Shown: piece by piece, positions 21,848 through 34,655 of the stretch | How positions within the stretch are numbered: the first letter of the stretch is position 1 | Layout of the letters: the number at the start of each line of letters is the position of its first letter | DNA from: Octopus sinensis | Lineage: Eukaryota | NCBI RefSeq assembly: GCF_006345805.1 | Contig: NW_021834545.1 | Coordinates: 1-51,287, forward strand | Length of the DNA: 51,287 nt | Direction: 5' to 3' | The notes under the pieces: generated by a model | Databases searched by the model: none | The model's input: the letters and a program-made list of their open reading frames with translations, nothing else | Told to the model about the DNA's origin: nothing | Program-made: the position numbers and the translations under genes

Positions 21848-22243
21848 GTGGAGGCGCAATGGCCCAGTGGTTAGGGCAGCGGACTCGCGGTCATAGGATC
21901 GCGGTTTCGATTCCCAGACCGGGCGTTGTGAGTGTTTATTGAGCGAAATCACCTGAAAGCTCCACGAGGCTCCGGCAGGGGATGCTGGTGATCCCTGCTG
22001 TACTCTTCCACCACGACTTTCTCTCACTCTTACTTCCTGTTTCTGTTGTACCTGTATTTCAAGGGGCCGGCCTTGTCACTCTCTGTGTCACGCTGAATAT
22101 CCCCGAGAACTACGTTAAGAGTACACGTGTCTTTGGAGTGCTCAGCCACTTACACGTTAATTTCACGAGCAGGCTGTTCCGTTGATTCGGATCAACCGGA
22201 ACCCTCGTCGTCGTAACCGACAGAGTTCTTCCATCCATCCATC
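21848..22243 (+). mobile_element. SINE-C, full length with (ATCC)n tail
   Basis: GTGGAGGCGCAATGGCCCAGTGGTTAGGGCAGCGGACTCGCGG...GGTTTCGATTCCC...CGTAACCGACAGAG. Confidence 0.92.
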
Positions 22244-22486
22244 ATCAAAAGTTTATTAACCAGTTTCAAATAACAAATATCTAAATCTGGTTGTCAGTAT
22301 ATATAACAGCATATAAAATTTTACAGTATACAACCATTCTATCGCCCCACCACCGTACATGTCTCTACGAGAGATTTAGAAATTTAGTATTTCTGATTTT
22401 GATAATCAGTGAATAGACTTCACTGAAATTTAGATATATACATTACGAGTCGAGACAGATATCGTCAGCTGACCGGTGTCTGCTAC

Positions 22487-22531
22487 TCTAGGCCGACTAA
22501 GGACAATCATCCTGAAACACGCGTCCCTAGA
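22487..22531 (+). ncRNA. Decayed HHR-like motif between 22-bp direct repeats (22376-22397, 22556-22577)
   Basis: UCUAGG-CCGACUA-AGGA(CAAUCA)UCCU-GAAAC-ACGC-GUC-CCUAGA; stems intact, core has U4C and G8U. Confidence 0.5.
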
Positions 22532-22869
22532 TGCAACCCCGGGCGGCTGAGGGTGTTAGAAATTTAGTATTTCTGATATTTATGACTGATTTAGCGAAAT
22601 TTTAAAGTGTATATCAAAAATTAATACAAACATTTGGAATTAAATAATAAGAGTAAACGTGATAACGATTAGTAACACAAGTACCAGGCTACAATTTTGG
22701 GCCAGATAAAAAGGGTCCCTGTAGATTAAAATTTTAAATCGATCTCGTTAATCAACACCCTCAGGGTCGTTTGATAAGAAGTTGCTTCTCAACTTAATGG
22801 TTCTGGGTCCCTGTTGATTAAAATCTTAAATCAATCTCATTAATCAACGATATCAACAAAGGATTGTGT

Positions 22870-23023
22870 ACAGGGTCGAGTGGCAAGTAGTTTACTTCTT
22901 AAACACATGGCTCTGGGTTCAGTCCCACTGCGTGGAATCTTGAGCGAGTGCCTTCTACTATAACCACGGGCAGACCAAAGCCTTATGAGCGGATTTGGTA
23001 GACGGAAACTGAAAGAATCCTGT

Positions 23024-23101
<78 letters not shown>

Positions 23102-23365
23102 TATGTGTGTGTGTATGTGTGTGTGCGTGTGTGTGTGTGGTTGTTTGTGTGTGTATGTATACCTTTGTGTCAATTTTGTCCCCCACCACCGATTGGAAAC
23201 CGGTGATGGTGTGTTTACGTCTCCATAACCTAGCGGTTCGACAAATGAGACCGATAGATTAAGTACCAGGCTTCAAAATAAATACAGGGGTCGATTTCTT
23301 CGACTAAAATTCCTCAAGGCGGTGCCCCAGCATGGTCGCAGTCTAAAGACCGAAGCAAGTATAAG
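22870..23365 (+). mobile_element. Diverged SINE-A with expanded microsatellite
   Basis: GGGTTCAGTCCCACTGCGTGG...GATTTGGTAGACGGAAACTG...GGCGGTGCCCCAGCATGG. Confidence 0.85.
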
Positions 23366-24694
23366 TGGAAAAGCGTAAAATTAATTTTATATTTCTTTCT
23401 TCTTGAATTTATATATATCCGATAGCTGTTATATACCCGTGTCCATCCATTCTACCGTACTTGCTCTGTGTAAATATTTATATGATATTTATCTTCTTGA
23501 ACAGAAATGCTGTAAGGGATAATGTAAACAGCTGGCGAATCAAAATCTCAATTTGGTTTCGATTTTTCGTTGATAGAAATCGACTTCATTTTTATCACAA
23601 GAACGTCAAAATATTTCTCTTCATCGTCTCTCACTCTTTCTCTGTCTTTCTCTTTCTCTGTAAAATATAAGAATTTTGGATAGTTCAAATTAATCGATAT
23701 TTATATTTAATAGTTGCGGAAATTGTATTGACAGTACAGTATTGGAGTAGATGGAAATGGTGACACACCTCGTTAACTTATTCCTCACGGGAATAACTAG
23801 CTGTAACTTAGTCGGATCACTTTATCAAATATACAATTTCATAAAACAAAACAAATCGTTCTTTTTTTCTTTTTTCTTTTTTATATACTCAAAAGAAATC
23901 GATGGTACGGGAAATATATTTTACATGCCTGATATTCTCTTAAACTGATCCGTAATTCAATCTCCCGAAGAACTAGCAAGCCATTTTGCCTTTCAGAATG
24001 CTATAAAAAGTTACCCTCGTTCGTTCCCTTCACCGTATCATTCCTTCGCTTCTAGTTTCCCGGAAATTTTCATCTCATCTGATTCAACATAAATGTTTTT
24101 ACTAGCCATTACGGCTATCATTTTTCCCTTTCTTGTTTTTCATCTTTGCCTATGAAACTTGTCTTCAAAGATATATTCATTTTCTCATCATCGTCTTAAA
24201 AAAAAAAATTAAATGGCAGGACACTAAACGTAATGGCTATATGTCACTCTGCGTATTTTTGCTAGTCACTGATCGTTCCTATCTATTACCAGTGCCATAG
24301 TATATATAATAAAGATTTTGGATATTATATAAATCAATGATACCATCAGTCACGTGTTTTATGCTTTCCTATCAGTCGATTCCTTGGATCGAAATTAATG
24401 CTTATATTTCATTCATACCATCAGGTTATCTTGGTTCCTGTCGAAAGAAAGCAATATATATTTTAGGATGAGGTTTAGACTGACGTTTAATGCTTAATTA
24501 AACATTTCTTGCATGTTTAAGAACGTTCTAGATAGGAAAATGGATGAAGTTGTTGCATTTTTATATTTCCCCACGAAGTATTATTGATGGAAGTGATGGA
24601 GAATAGCTAAAGTAGTTTTTATCAGGAATAGAAACTACGTCGTAAACATAGCTCTCTTGGGACGTGTTCTTCGGATTTTTTTGATTTTTTTGCG

Positions 24695-24790
24695 CCCTTT
24701 TCAAGCCTAGCCAGGCTCGTGGACCCAGTTTCCCGGTTTCTATGGCGTATGTGTTCCCCCCAGCTGGACGGAACGCCAATCCATCCATTA
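24695..24790 (-). mobile_element. SINE 3' fragment (family of 42525-42780)
   Basis: AAGCCTAGCCAGGCTC...TTCCCGGTTTCTATGGCGTATGTGTTCCCC shared with 42545-42600. Confidence 0.75.
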
Positions 24791-24928
24791 CATTTTTAAT
24801 CAACCAAATAGGAACCATTTTGTTGCACAATGCGTCTCCATCTTTCCTTTCACTTCAAAATACCGTCTTCCCAGAATTGAGGTGGTTTCATGGCAAAGAA
24901 TTCGTCATAATGACGATGCTGAAAACCA

Positions 24929-25545
24929 TCCGTTTGTCTGTCCTTGTTTGTCCCCCCTGTGTTTAGCCCCTTGTGAGTAGTAAAGAAATAGGTATTTCGT
25001 CTGCCGTTACGTTCTGAGTTCAAATTCCGCCGACGTCGACTTTGCCTTTCATCCTTTCGGGGTTGATAAATTAAGTACCAGTCACACACTGGGGTCTATA
25101 TAATCGACTTAATCCGTTTGTCTGTCCTTGTTTGTCCCCTCTGTGTTTAGCCCCTTGTGGGTAGTAAAGAAATAGGTATTTCGTCTGCCGTTACGTTCTG
25201 AGTTCAAATTCCGCCGAGGTCGACTTTGCCTTTCATCCTTTCGGGGTCGATAAGTTAAGTACCAGTCACACACTGGGGTCTATATAATCGACTTAATCCG
25301 TTTGTCTTTCCTTGTTTGTCCCCTCTGTGTTTAGCCCCTTGTGGGTAGTAAAGAAATAGGTATTTCGTCTACCGCTACGTTCTGAGTTCAAATTCCGCCG
25401 AGGTCGACTTTGCCTTTCATCCTTTCGGGGTCGATAAATAAAGTACCAGTTACGCACTTGGGTCTATATAATCGACTTAATCCGTTTGTCTGTCCTTGTT
25501 TGTCCCCTCTATGTTTAGCCCCTTGTGGGCAGTAAAGAAATAGGT
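24929..25545 (+). mobile_element. Headless SINE-B array (about 3.3 units)
   Basis: Repeated AAAGAAATAGGTATTTCGTCT junctions; no A-box head. Confidence 0.9.
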
Positions 25546-25843
25546 ACAATATTATTGCCTGGTATTGCCAGGTATTGCATGGTATTTCGGGAACTTCCGG
25601 ATTTCTAGAAACCGGATAAGAGGACCGATATTGTACTCATATTTCATTATTAAGTGTGTCGTTTGTCAAACATTTTTAGATTCGACTTGTAAATATTTTT
25701 TCGCTTTCATTTTGCATCCATTTGTGAGTGTATGAAAATTTTATTTACAAGAAAGCAAGATTATAAAATTACATCACAGTTTTACGAGACAATTTACATA
25801 TTCAAACACATTAGAAAAGTCTCTTTATTCTTTTATCGATGTC

Positions 25844-25844
<1 letters not shown>

Positions 25845-25912
<68 letters not shown>

Positions 25913-25944
25913 TGTATTATTATAATTATTTTTTTATTATTATA

Positions 25945-25989
<45 letters not shown>

Positions 25990-26021
25990 TGTATTATTAT
26001 AATTATTTTTTTATTATTATA

Positions 26022-26065
<44 letters not shown>

Positions 26066-26080
26066 CATCATTATTATTGA
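25845..26080. repeat. (TTA)n trinucleotide microsatellite
   Basis: Direct reading. Confidence 0.93.
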
Positions 26081-26632
26081 TATTATTTGTCTGCATTATA
26101 CACATACGTATAGAAGCAGCACGCCATCATGTGCACACAATAACACCCACACAGAAAAATACACATATAGCTTAGAGACATACATACACACAACACAGAC
26201 ACAAGCACAAAAATATGCGTATATATACATATATATATATATACATACATACATACATACATACATAGACACATATGTATTGATAATATGTGCATATGTA
26301 TATACATGTATATAATATATATTTATATGCACACACAAATACATATAATTATTAGTATACGTGTGCTTTCTTTTTATAAAAGAATAAAAAAAGAATGAAT
26401 AATACTCATAACTGAACAATACACATATGTAGAGTTGAATTATTATAAATATATATTAAAAGATCAGAAGCTACATCCAACAAAACTTCAAAGTAAATGC
26501 CACCAGCATATATTGAGTGTGTGTCTAAAAGCCAATGTATATATATGCGTGTGTATGTGTGTAAGTATGTATATATGTATGATTGCATGTATGTATGCTT
26601 ACATATATACGCTATGTTGGCATATAAACATT

Positions 26633-26696
<64 letters not shown>

Positions 26697-27248
26697 AAAA
26701 AAGCGACGATGTTTTTGCTGTCGTGAAACGACAGCTTTACCATTGCTCGACAAATGTTTTCCAACATATGCATGCGAATCTTGTATCATCAAGGAAAGGA
26801 AGTAACATGTTAAGGCGAGTGGGGGGGGTAACGAATCCGCTGCCTGTGTAGAGTAAGTCAAAGAGGAATCAAGAACGGAAGAATTCAAAGATTGATAACT
26901 GCAATGGAGTAATAATTCCTCGTATTCGCTCATACAACCTCTTTTTCCTATGCATATAACACACTAAACCACGCTCTCTCCCTCTCTCTCTCTCTCTTTC
27001 TCACTCATTCACCCTCTCTCTCACTTACTCTCTCTCTCTCTTTCGCTGTCTCTCTTGTACTTCCACTTTCACTTTCACAAACTCACGCATATACGTACGC
27101 GCATACACACTCACATGTACACACACACACATACACACACGTGATTCTCAGTCACATCATATTTCCTACTCGACAGTTTTAATACCGGAATATTGTCATT
27201 TTTAAATTCCTTATTTCAGAATTGTATCGACGAAAATTTTATATGCAA

Positions 27249-27648
27249 CTAGCAGTATCGCCCGGCGTTGCTCGGGTTTGTAAAGGAAATAACTATATAA
27301 GCATTTTTAGAGAGTTATAGCCAAAAAATAGCAAAAAAAAATGTATTAAAAATGGAAAACAAATTATGGTAATTTTTTTTTTAAATCGTTGACTCATCGT
27401 AGACATTTTTAGAGAGTTACTTCCTTTATATAATAGCGAAAAAATGCATTAAAATGGAAAAAAATTATGGTAAATTATTTTTAAAATCGTAGGCTCATCG
27501 TAGACGCGCGCTAATACCCAGAAGGGCTCGATATGAATCACGACTATAAGATACCCGCTTTTGGTTACACTGCACCGCAAAATGTGGGAGTAGTTAGGAA
27601 TCTAAATCGTAGGAGACAGACACACAACTTGACTTTAATATATAAAGA
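27249..27648 (-). mobile_element. Non-autonomous Helitron (about 400 bp)
   Basis: Minus strand: host A, 5'-TCTTTATATA..., subterminal hairpin CCCGAGCAACGCCGGG, CTAG-3', host T; near-identical to 45357-45750. Confidence 0.85.
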
Positions 27649-27868
27649 TTACAAACATAATGTTTGATAGAACAATATTTATTCTTCGAATACTTCATAT
27701 AAAAAGTTGCTCGTATATGTATGTATATGCGTATGTGTTTATCTATTGTTATACTACGCAATGAAACACATATATAGGTCTTTGTATCCATTAGTATGTA
27801 TTGCGATGGGAATACACTAATGTGTTTTACGCCAGTAATACACATTACTATGTATTACAATACATCTG

Positions 27869-27975
<107 letters not shown>

Positions 27976-28602
27976 ATAGTTTTTAAATCTTTGTAAATCT
28001 CACGAAATGACATGGATAAACATACACACTGCAGAATTTCAGGCGTGTGATGCACTTGTGTGCCGCACTTGTGTGCATTTATACAACGATATATAGTAAA
28101 GTATTTGTGTTGCGCCAATTAGCTATCTTGGACGCAATTTACCAACATTCACAAAAGCAAGTCTAATTTAATAGAATTAACACTTAAAGATGTCCTTACG
28201 TGAGTTATGTTCTCTTGTCCGTGATCTTGTACCTCACTTCATACCATCAAACAACGTTTGAAGTCCCGTAAATTTTCGTGTAACTTCAAGTAACCTTATC
28301 CAGCAATTAGAGACATTACCAACATTTTCAAGGAGAAAGCTTTAAGTTTACGATTTTTTCCGCATGAAACCAATGGTAGCAATGTTAATTCAGAAGTAAC
28401 GAATTCATTTAGCCACCAGATTCCCTTTCCAGTAAATGCACATACACATAAGTGCATACATACAACCACCCATAACTACATATATACGCTTTATGCAGGC
28501 ATACATGTATCTGTGTATCTAGGTATGGTTGTAAGTATATATAAATACGAGCAAAACGCCCCCCTACACAATGGACGGTGCTGAGTTGTCAAACATTTAA
28601 AC

Positions 28603-28662
28603 CAAAGTTTCTCAAAACAACTTGTCCGACCGTCCCATAGGCCTCCCCTTTGAGAAACACTG
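28603..28662. mobile_element. Tiny hAT (Charlie-like) MITE remnant
   Basis: TIRs CAAAGTTTCTCAAA / TTTGAGAAACACTG; 8-bp TSD ATTTAAAC / ATTTAACC. Confidence 0.65.
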
Positions 28663-28739
28663 ATTTAACCTAATTTGAGACACCAGCAAAAGAAGAAATA
28701 AAGGTAGACTTTTTTCTATTCCAAAGAAAAACGATTTTA

Positions 28740-28919
28740 TTCACTTTATCGATCGCATTCTCCCCTGGAATCGATTTTTGTAATTTTTTCAAGACTTATA
28801 CACGCCCTGATACCGTCGGTATCTACATATCAAATTTGAGCGCAATCGGATGGAGGATGCCCGAGATCCTAGAAGACACACACACACACACACAGACAGA
28901 ACGGATTTTATATAATAGA
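28740..28919 (-). mobile_element. Helitron-like 5'-end fragment
   Basis: Minus strand begins A|TCTATTATATAAAA...TCTGTCTGTGTGTG, like the other Helitron 5' ends; no 3' CTAG found. Confidence 0.5.
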
Positions 28920-29668
28920 TAAGTATTTTTGATGCTTCTTTTTTTCTTTATTCTTAAATTTTCTACCGCAAAAAATTTTAACTTCAGAAACCATTTCCCT
29001 TACGAGACTCGAAGGCCGCTTCAAAAAGTATTTAAAAATCCAATGTTGGATAGCAACAGTTTATCAAATTTTCGATCAAGAAGACAAATCTAGAAAATTT
29101 TTTAAGCCGACCGATAGTTAGCTCAGAATATCGTTCCGGAATCCATTTTTTTCCCCCTTTTTTTACGTAATTGCTAAGTCACTTGAATAAAAAAAAACAT
29201 TACAGTGAACCAACTAGTTTCCCAAAGTATAAATTTCAAATTTATGAGTTATCTTGGAGCATTTTCATTAATTAGATTTTAACGGAACAGAAATTCGCAA
29301 ATAATGCAGTTAAATAAAATGGAGTCTTTTATTGTTTCTCATTTTTCTTTAAACTAAAAGAAACAACCTAAAAAATATGGTGGTATTTAGAAAATGAAGT
29401 GTTTTTTGGAAACCCCAAAACCCCCTGTAGAACATCAAAAATATTTTATTAGCTACAACGGCTTCTCAAACTTCCCACCAATCAGGTGACTCAACATATT
29501 TCTGAGTTGTTCCCAAGCAGAGGTTTGTCGTATGATTTAGTTCCACCCATATAGAATTTTTACAAAAATCTTTAAGGATGTACTTTTTGTAACAGGAAAT
29601 TAAAGGATTTTATAATTTGTTAGCAGAGACATAGTTGTATGCATAATAAACTCGCTTTTCAGCCATGC

Positions 29669-29985
29669 AGTATTTCGCCTGTCTTTACGTTCTGAGTTCA
29701 AATTCCGCCGAGGTCGACTTTGCCATTCATCCTTTCAGAATCGATATTTTAAGTACCAGTTGTGTACTGGGGTCGATCTAATCGACTGGCTCCCTCAGCA
29801 ATAATTTCGGCGAGGAGACAAGTCGATTGCATTGTCCCCCAGTATTCAACTGGTACTTATTTTATCGATGCCGATAGGATGAAACGTAAATTTGACCTTG
29901 ACGAAATTTGAACTCAGAATCCGAAGACGGCTTAAATGCCGGTAAGCATTTTGCCCGGTGTGCTGACTCTGCCAGCTCACCGCTT
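29669..29985. mobile_element. Two diverged SINE-B-related copies abutting tail-to-tail
   Basis: Plus copy 29669-29810 and minus copy 29811-29985. Confidence 0.78.
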
Positions 29986-30019
29986 TTCTTTCAGGGAAAA
30001 ATTTTTTTTCTACTCTGAG

Positions 30020-30582
30020 CAAGAGGCCCGAAATTTTGGAGAGGGGGCCAATCGTTTAGATCGACCCCAGTACGCAACTGCTACTTATTTTATCGACTCC
30101 GAGGGATGAAAGGCAAAGTCGAGCTTGGTGGAATTTGAACTCAGAATGTAGCGGCAGACGAAATATCTATTTCTTTACTACCCACAAGGGGCTAAACACA
30201 GAGAGGACAAACAAGGACAGAAAAACGGCTTAAGTCGATTATATCGACCCCAGTGCGTAACTGGTACTTATTTAATCGACCCCGAAAGGATGAAAGGCAA
30301 AGTCGACCTCGGCAGAATTTAAACTCAGAACGTAACGGCAGACGAAATACCTATTTCTTTACTACCACAAGGGGCTAAACACCGAGAGGACAAACAAGGA
30401 CAGACGAGCGGATTAGGTCGATTATATCGACTCCAGTGCGTAACCGGTACTTATTTAATCGACCCCGAAAATATGAAATGCAAAGTCGACCTCGGCGGAA
30501 TTTGAACTCAGAACGTAACGGCAGACGAAATCCCGTTAAGCGTTTCGCCCGGCGTGCTAACGATTCTGCCTGCTCGCAGCCT
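30020..30582 (-). mobile_element. SINE-B array (about 3 units plus head)
   Basis: GACGAAATA(C/T)CTATTTCTTTACTAC junctions near 30160 and 30345. Confidence 0.88.
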
Positions 30583-31473
30583 TTTTTTTCTATTACCTAA
30601 TCAACCAAACAGTGCTGGTATCACTAAAAACCTTAAATCAATGCTTACAACGTTGTACATGGTGTTACGAGAGACTTGATAAAAGTACATACACTCCCAT
30701 ACCATTATTCACGAAAACACAGAGAAAATAATGGGGTGTTGGCAGTTTCATTATGTAGTTTATATTCCATTATCTTCTACGTTAAGTAAACCATCTGTTT
30801 GTATAACATTATTTCTGTTTAACCTTTAACTGTTCATAGACATTTGCTTCGACTGAACAATCTTTTTATCAGTAGCTCTTTAGGCTAAAATGAACCTGAC
30901 GAGATTCTAAAGGGAAACATATATGATATAAGAATAACTTTTGTTTTCTGTATATTCTAGAGGAACACAAGAACTTTTGTGATGGGAAATTTTTTTAAAA
31001 AAATGCGTTACCTTTTATATAAAACGTTATTGAATCATCGGAAAATATCTTTATTACGGGCAATTTATTTAATGATCTAATAGGTTATAGAAATCTGGGA
31101 GCAGTGAATAGAAATAATACCAACTTTTAGATAAAGAATCAAAGCTCGTATCCAAATAAATACAGACTTGAATATATCACACTATAAAGAAAGGTTTTGA
31201 TGTTGAATTGCAGATAAAGCTTTTGGAGAGGAGAATGAGGCTGGCTTCTGAATCGAAAACACGTTGATAGCTTCCTTTTATTACCCAGTTCTAACCATAT
31301 ATGTAATAGCAAACTGCGAAGTAGTTAGTCGCAAAGTAGTGAATGAATTAAGATTGTTTCAGAGTCTATATATTAGATTTTGTGGAGCTAAACTCCATGT
31401 CAGCTGTGATCCAGGAGGCCTACGATCGAAAGTCTGCCATATTTTGTGGGAAAAGGTGTATCCAATGTTGCAT

Positions 31474-31891
31474 TATATTTCTTTACTACCCACAAGGGGC
31501 TAAACAAAGAGGGGACAAACACGGACAGACAAACGGATTAAGTCGATTATATCGACCCCAGTACGTAACTGGTACTTATTTAATCGACCCCGAAAGGATG
31601 AAAAGCAAAGTCAACCTCGGCGGAATTTGAACTCAGAATGTAGCAGCAGACGAAATACCTATTTCTTTACTACCCACAAGGGGCTAAAAATAGAGGGGAC
31701 AAACAAGGACAGAAAAACGGATTAAGTCGATTACATCAACCCCAGTGCGTAACTGGTACTTATTTAATCGACCCCGAAAGGATGAAAGGCAAAATCGACC
31801 TTGGCGGAATTTGAACTCAGAACGTAAGGGCAGACAAAATACGGTTACGCATTTCGCCCGGCGTACTAACGTTTTTGCCATCTCGCCTCGC
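31474..31891 (-). mobile_element. SINE-B dimer plus head
   Basis: Same junction near 31655. Confidence 0.9.
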
Positions 31892-31927
31892 CCAATGTTG
31901 CGTTATTGTTCATTTGGACACACTATA

Positions 31928-32345
31928 GGCGCAGGCGTGGATGTGCGGTAAGTAGCTTGCTTACAAGCCAAATGGTTCCGAGTTCAGTCCCACTGCGTGG
32001 CATCTTGGGTAAGTGTACTCTACTATAGCCTCGGGCCGACCAAAGCCTTGTGAGTGGATTTGGTAGACGGAAACTGAAAGAAGCCCGTCGTATATATATG
32101 TGAGTGTGTGTGTATGTGTGTGTTTGTGTGTGTCTGTGTTTGTCCCCCCCCCCAACATCACTTGACAACCGATGCTGGTGTGTTTACGTCCCCGTACCTT
32201 AGCGGTTCGGCAAAAGAGAAACCGATAGAATAAGTACTAGGCTTACAAAGAATAAGTCCTGGGGTCGATTTGATACACTAAAGGCAGTGCTCCAGCATGG
32301 CCACAGTCACATGACTGAAACAAGTAAAAGAGTAAAGAGTAAAGA
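31928..32345 (+). mobile_element. SINE-A, full length
   Basis: Consensus head, microsatellite and tail. Confidence 0.92.
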
Positions 32346-32500
32346 GAGTTCGTGCCAGTCAAGAGGCCAAACATCTCTGAAAGTTTCATCTGAATCCCTC
32401 CAACGGTTCTTGTGATATCCTCTCCGCGGACAAACCAACAAACAAACAAATACGACTGAAAACAATACCTCCGCCCTCGCTAAGGGGGAGGTCATGAATG
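32346..32500 (+). mobile_element. Helentron-associated (HINE-like) 3' end fragment
   Basis: (CAAA)n followed by AAAACAATACCTCC...GGGGGAGGT terminal hairpin, resembling HINE ends. Confidence 0.45.
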
Positions 32501-32510
32501 CCCCCCTGAA

Positions 32511-32573
32511 TGTGTGTGTGTGGTTGTGTGTGTGTATGTGTGTGTGTGTGTATGTGTTTGTGTGTATGTGTGG

Positions 32574-32661
<88 letters not shown>

Positions 32662-33065
32662 GTGGTGTGTGTGTTTGTGTGTGTGTGTGTTTGTGTGTGC
32701 TTGTGTGTGTGTGTGTGTGTGTGTGTTTGTGGTGTGTGTGTTTGTGTGTGTTGGTGTGTGTGTGTTGTGTGTGTGTGTTTGTGTGTGTGTGTTTGTGTGG
32801 TTGTGTGTGTGGTTTGTGTGTGTGTGTTTTGTGTGCGTGTGTGGTGTTGTGTGTGGGTGTGTTGTGTGTGTTTGTGTGTGTGTTGTGTGTGTTTGTGTGT
32901 GTGTGTGTTGTGGTGTTTGTGTGTGTGTGTTTGTGTGTGTTTGTGGTGTGGTGTGTGTGTGCGTGTGTGTTTTGTGTGTTTGTGTGTGTTGTGTGTGTGT
33001 GGTGTGTGTGGTTGGTGTGTGTGTGTTGTGTGTTGTTTGGTGTGTGTGTGTGTGTGTGTGTTTGT

Positions 33066-33104
<39 letters not shown>

Positions 33105-34062
33105 GTGTGTGTGTTGGTTGTGTGTGTTTGTGTGGTGTGGTGTGTGTGTTTGTGTGTGTGTGTGTTGGTGTGTTTGTGTGTGTGTGTGTGTGGTTGTGTG
33201 TGTGTTGGTGTGTGTGTGTTTGTTGTGGGTTGTGTTTGTGTGGTGGTGTGTGTGTGTGTTTTGTGTGCGTGTGTTTGTGTGTGGTGTGTGGGTGTGTGGT
33301 TTGTGGGGTGTTTGTGTGTGTGGTGTGTTGTGTGTGTGTGTGGTGTGTGTGTGTGTGTTTGTTGTGTGTGTTTTGTGTGTGTGTGGTTTGTGTGTGTGTG
33401 TGTGTGTGTTGTGTGTGTGTGTGTTTGTGTGTGTTGGTGTGTGTTTTTTGTTTGGTGTGTTTGGTGGTGTTTGTGTTGTGTGTGTTGGTGTGTGTGTGTT
33501 TGTGTGTGGGGGTTTTGTGTGTGTTGTGTGTGTGTGTGTGTGTGTTTTGTGTGCGTGTGTGTGTTTGTGTGTGTGTGTGTGTGTGTTTGTGTGTGTGTGT
33601 TGTGTGTGGTGTGGTGTTTGTGTGTGTTGGTTGTGTTTGTGTGTGTGTGTGTGTGTGTTGTGTGTGTGTTGTGTGCGTTGTGTGTGTTTGTGTGTGTTGT
33701 GGTGTGTGTGTTTGTGTGTGTGTGTGTTTGTTTGTGGTGTGTGTGTGTGTGTTGGTGTGTTGGTGTGTGTGTTTGTGTGGTGTGTGTTTTGTGTGCGTGT
33801 GTGTGTTTGTGTGTGTGTTTTGTGTGCGTGTGTGTGTTTGTGTTGTGTGTGTTGGTGTGTGTGTGGTGTGTGTGTGTGGTTTGTGTGTGTGTGGTGTGTT
33901 TGTGTGTGTTTGTGTGGTGTGTGTTTTGTGGTTGTTGTGTGTGTTGTGGTGTGTGTGGTGTGTGTTTGTGTGGTTTGGTTTGTGTGTGTGTGTGTGTGTT
34001 GTGTGTGTTTTGTGTGCGTGTGTTTGTGTGTGTGTGTGTTTGTGTGTGTGTTTGTGTGTGTT

Positions 34063-34112
<50 letters not shown>

Positions 34113-34120
34113 TGTGTGTG
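32511..34120. repeat. Degenerate (TG)n tract of about 1.6 kb
   Basis: Almost exclusively T and G, so several reading frames are stop-free. Confidence 0.95.
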
Positions 34121-34195
34121 TCAGTGTGTCCGAGTACGATGGGCTTCTTCCAGTTTCCGTCTATGAAATCCACCCACAAGGCTTTCGTCGGGATC
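34121..34195 (-). mobile_element. SINE-A central fragment adjoining the TG tract
   Basis: GGGCTTCTTCCAGTTTCCGTCTATGAAATCCACCCACAAGGCTTT. Confidence 0.75.
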
Positions 34196-34254
34196 TTGCT
34201 GTATTCCAGATTAATGAAATTTCGCTATTTCAGGTTTCTGGCTCTCTCTCTTTT

Positions 34255-34655
34255 TCTCTTTTTACTTGTTTCAGTCATTTGACTGCGGCCATGCTGGTGC
34301 ACCGCCTTTAATCGAGCAACTCGATCCCGGGACTTATTCTTTGTAAGCCCAGTACTTATTCTATCGGTCTCTTTTTGCCGAACCGCTAAGTTACGGGGAC
34401 ATAAACACACCAGCATCGGTTGTCAAGCAATGCTAGGGAGACAAACACAGACACACAAACATACACGCACATACATATATATATACATATATACGACAGG
34501 CTTCTTTCAGTTTCCGTCCACCAAATCCACTCACAAGGCTTTGGTCGGCCCGAGGCTATAGTAGAAGACACTTGCCCAAGGTGCCCCGTAGTGGGACTGA
34601 ACCCGGAACCATGTGGCTGGTAAACAAGCTACTCACCACACAGCCACTCCTGCAC
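34255..34655 (-). mobile_element. SINE-A, full length
   Basis: Reverse complement of the consensus. Confidence 0.92.

Noticed and set aside
21848-21925. tRNA-Arg gene
   Set aside because: The tRNA-like head continues into a multi-copy SINE body and the cloverleaf acceptor stem is not intact. The same applies to all other SINE heads.
32386-34311. 550-605 aa ORFs (poly-CV / poly-HT)
   Set aside because: A T/G-only tract cannot contain stop codons, so these are low-complexity artefacts open in several frames at once.
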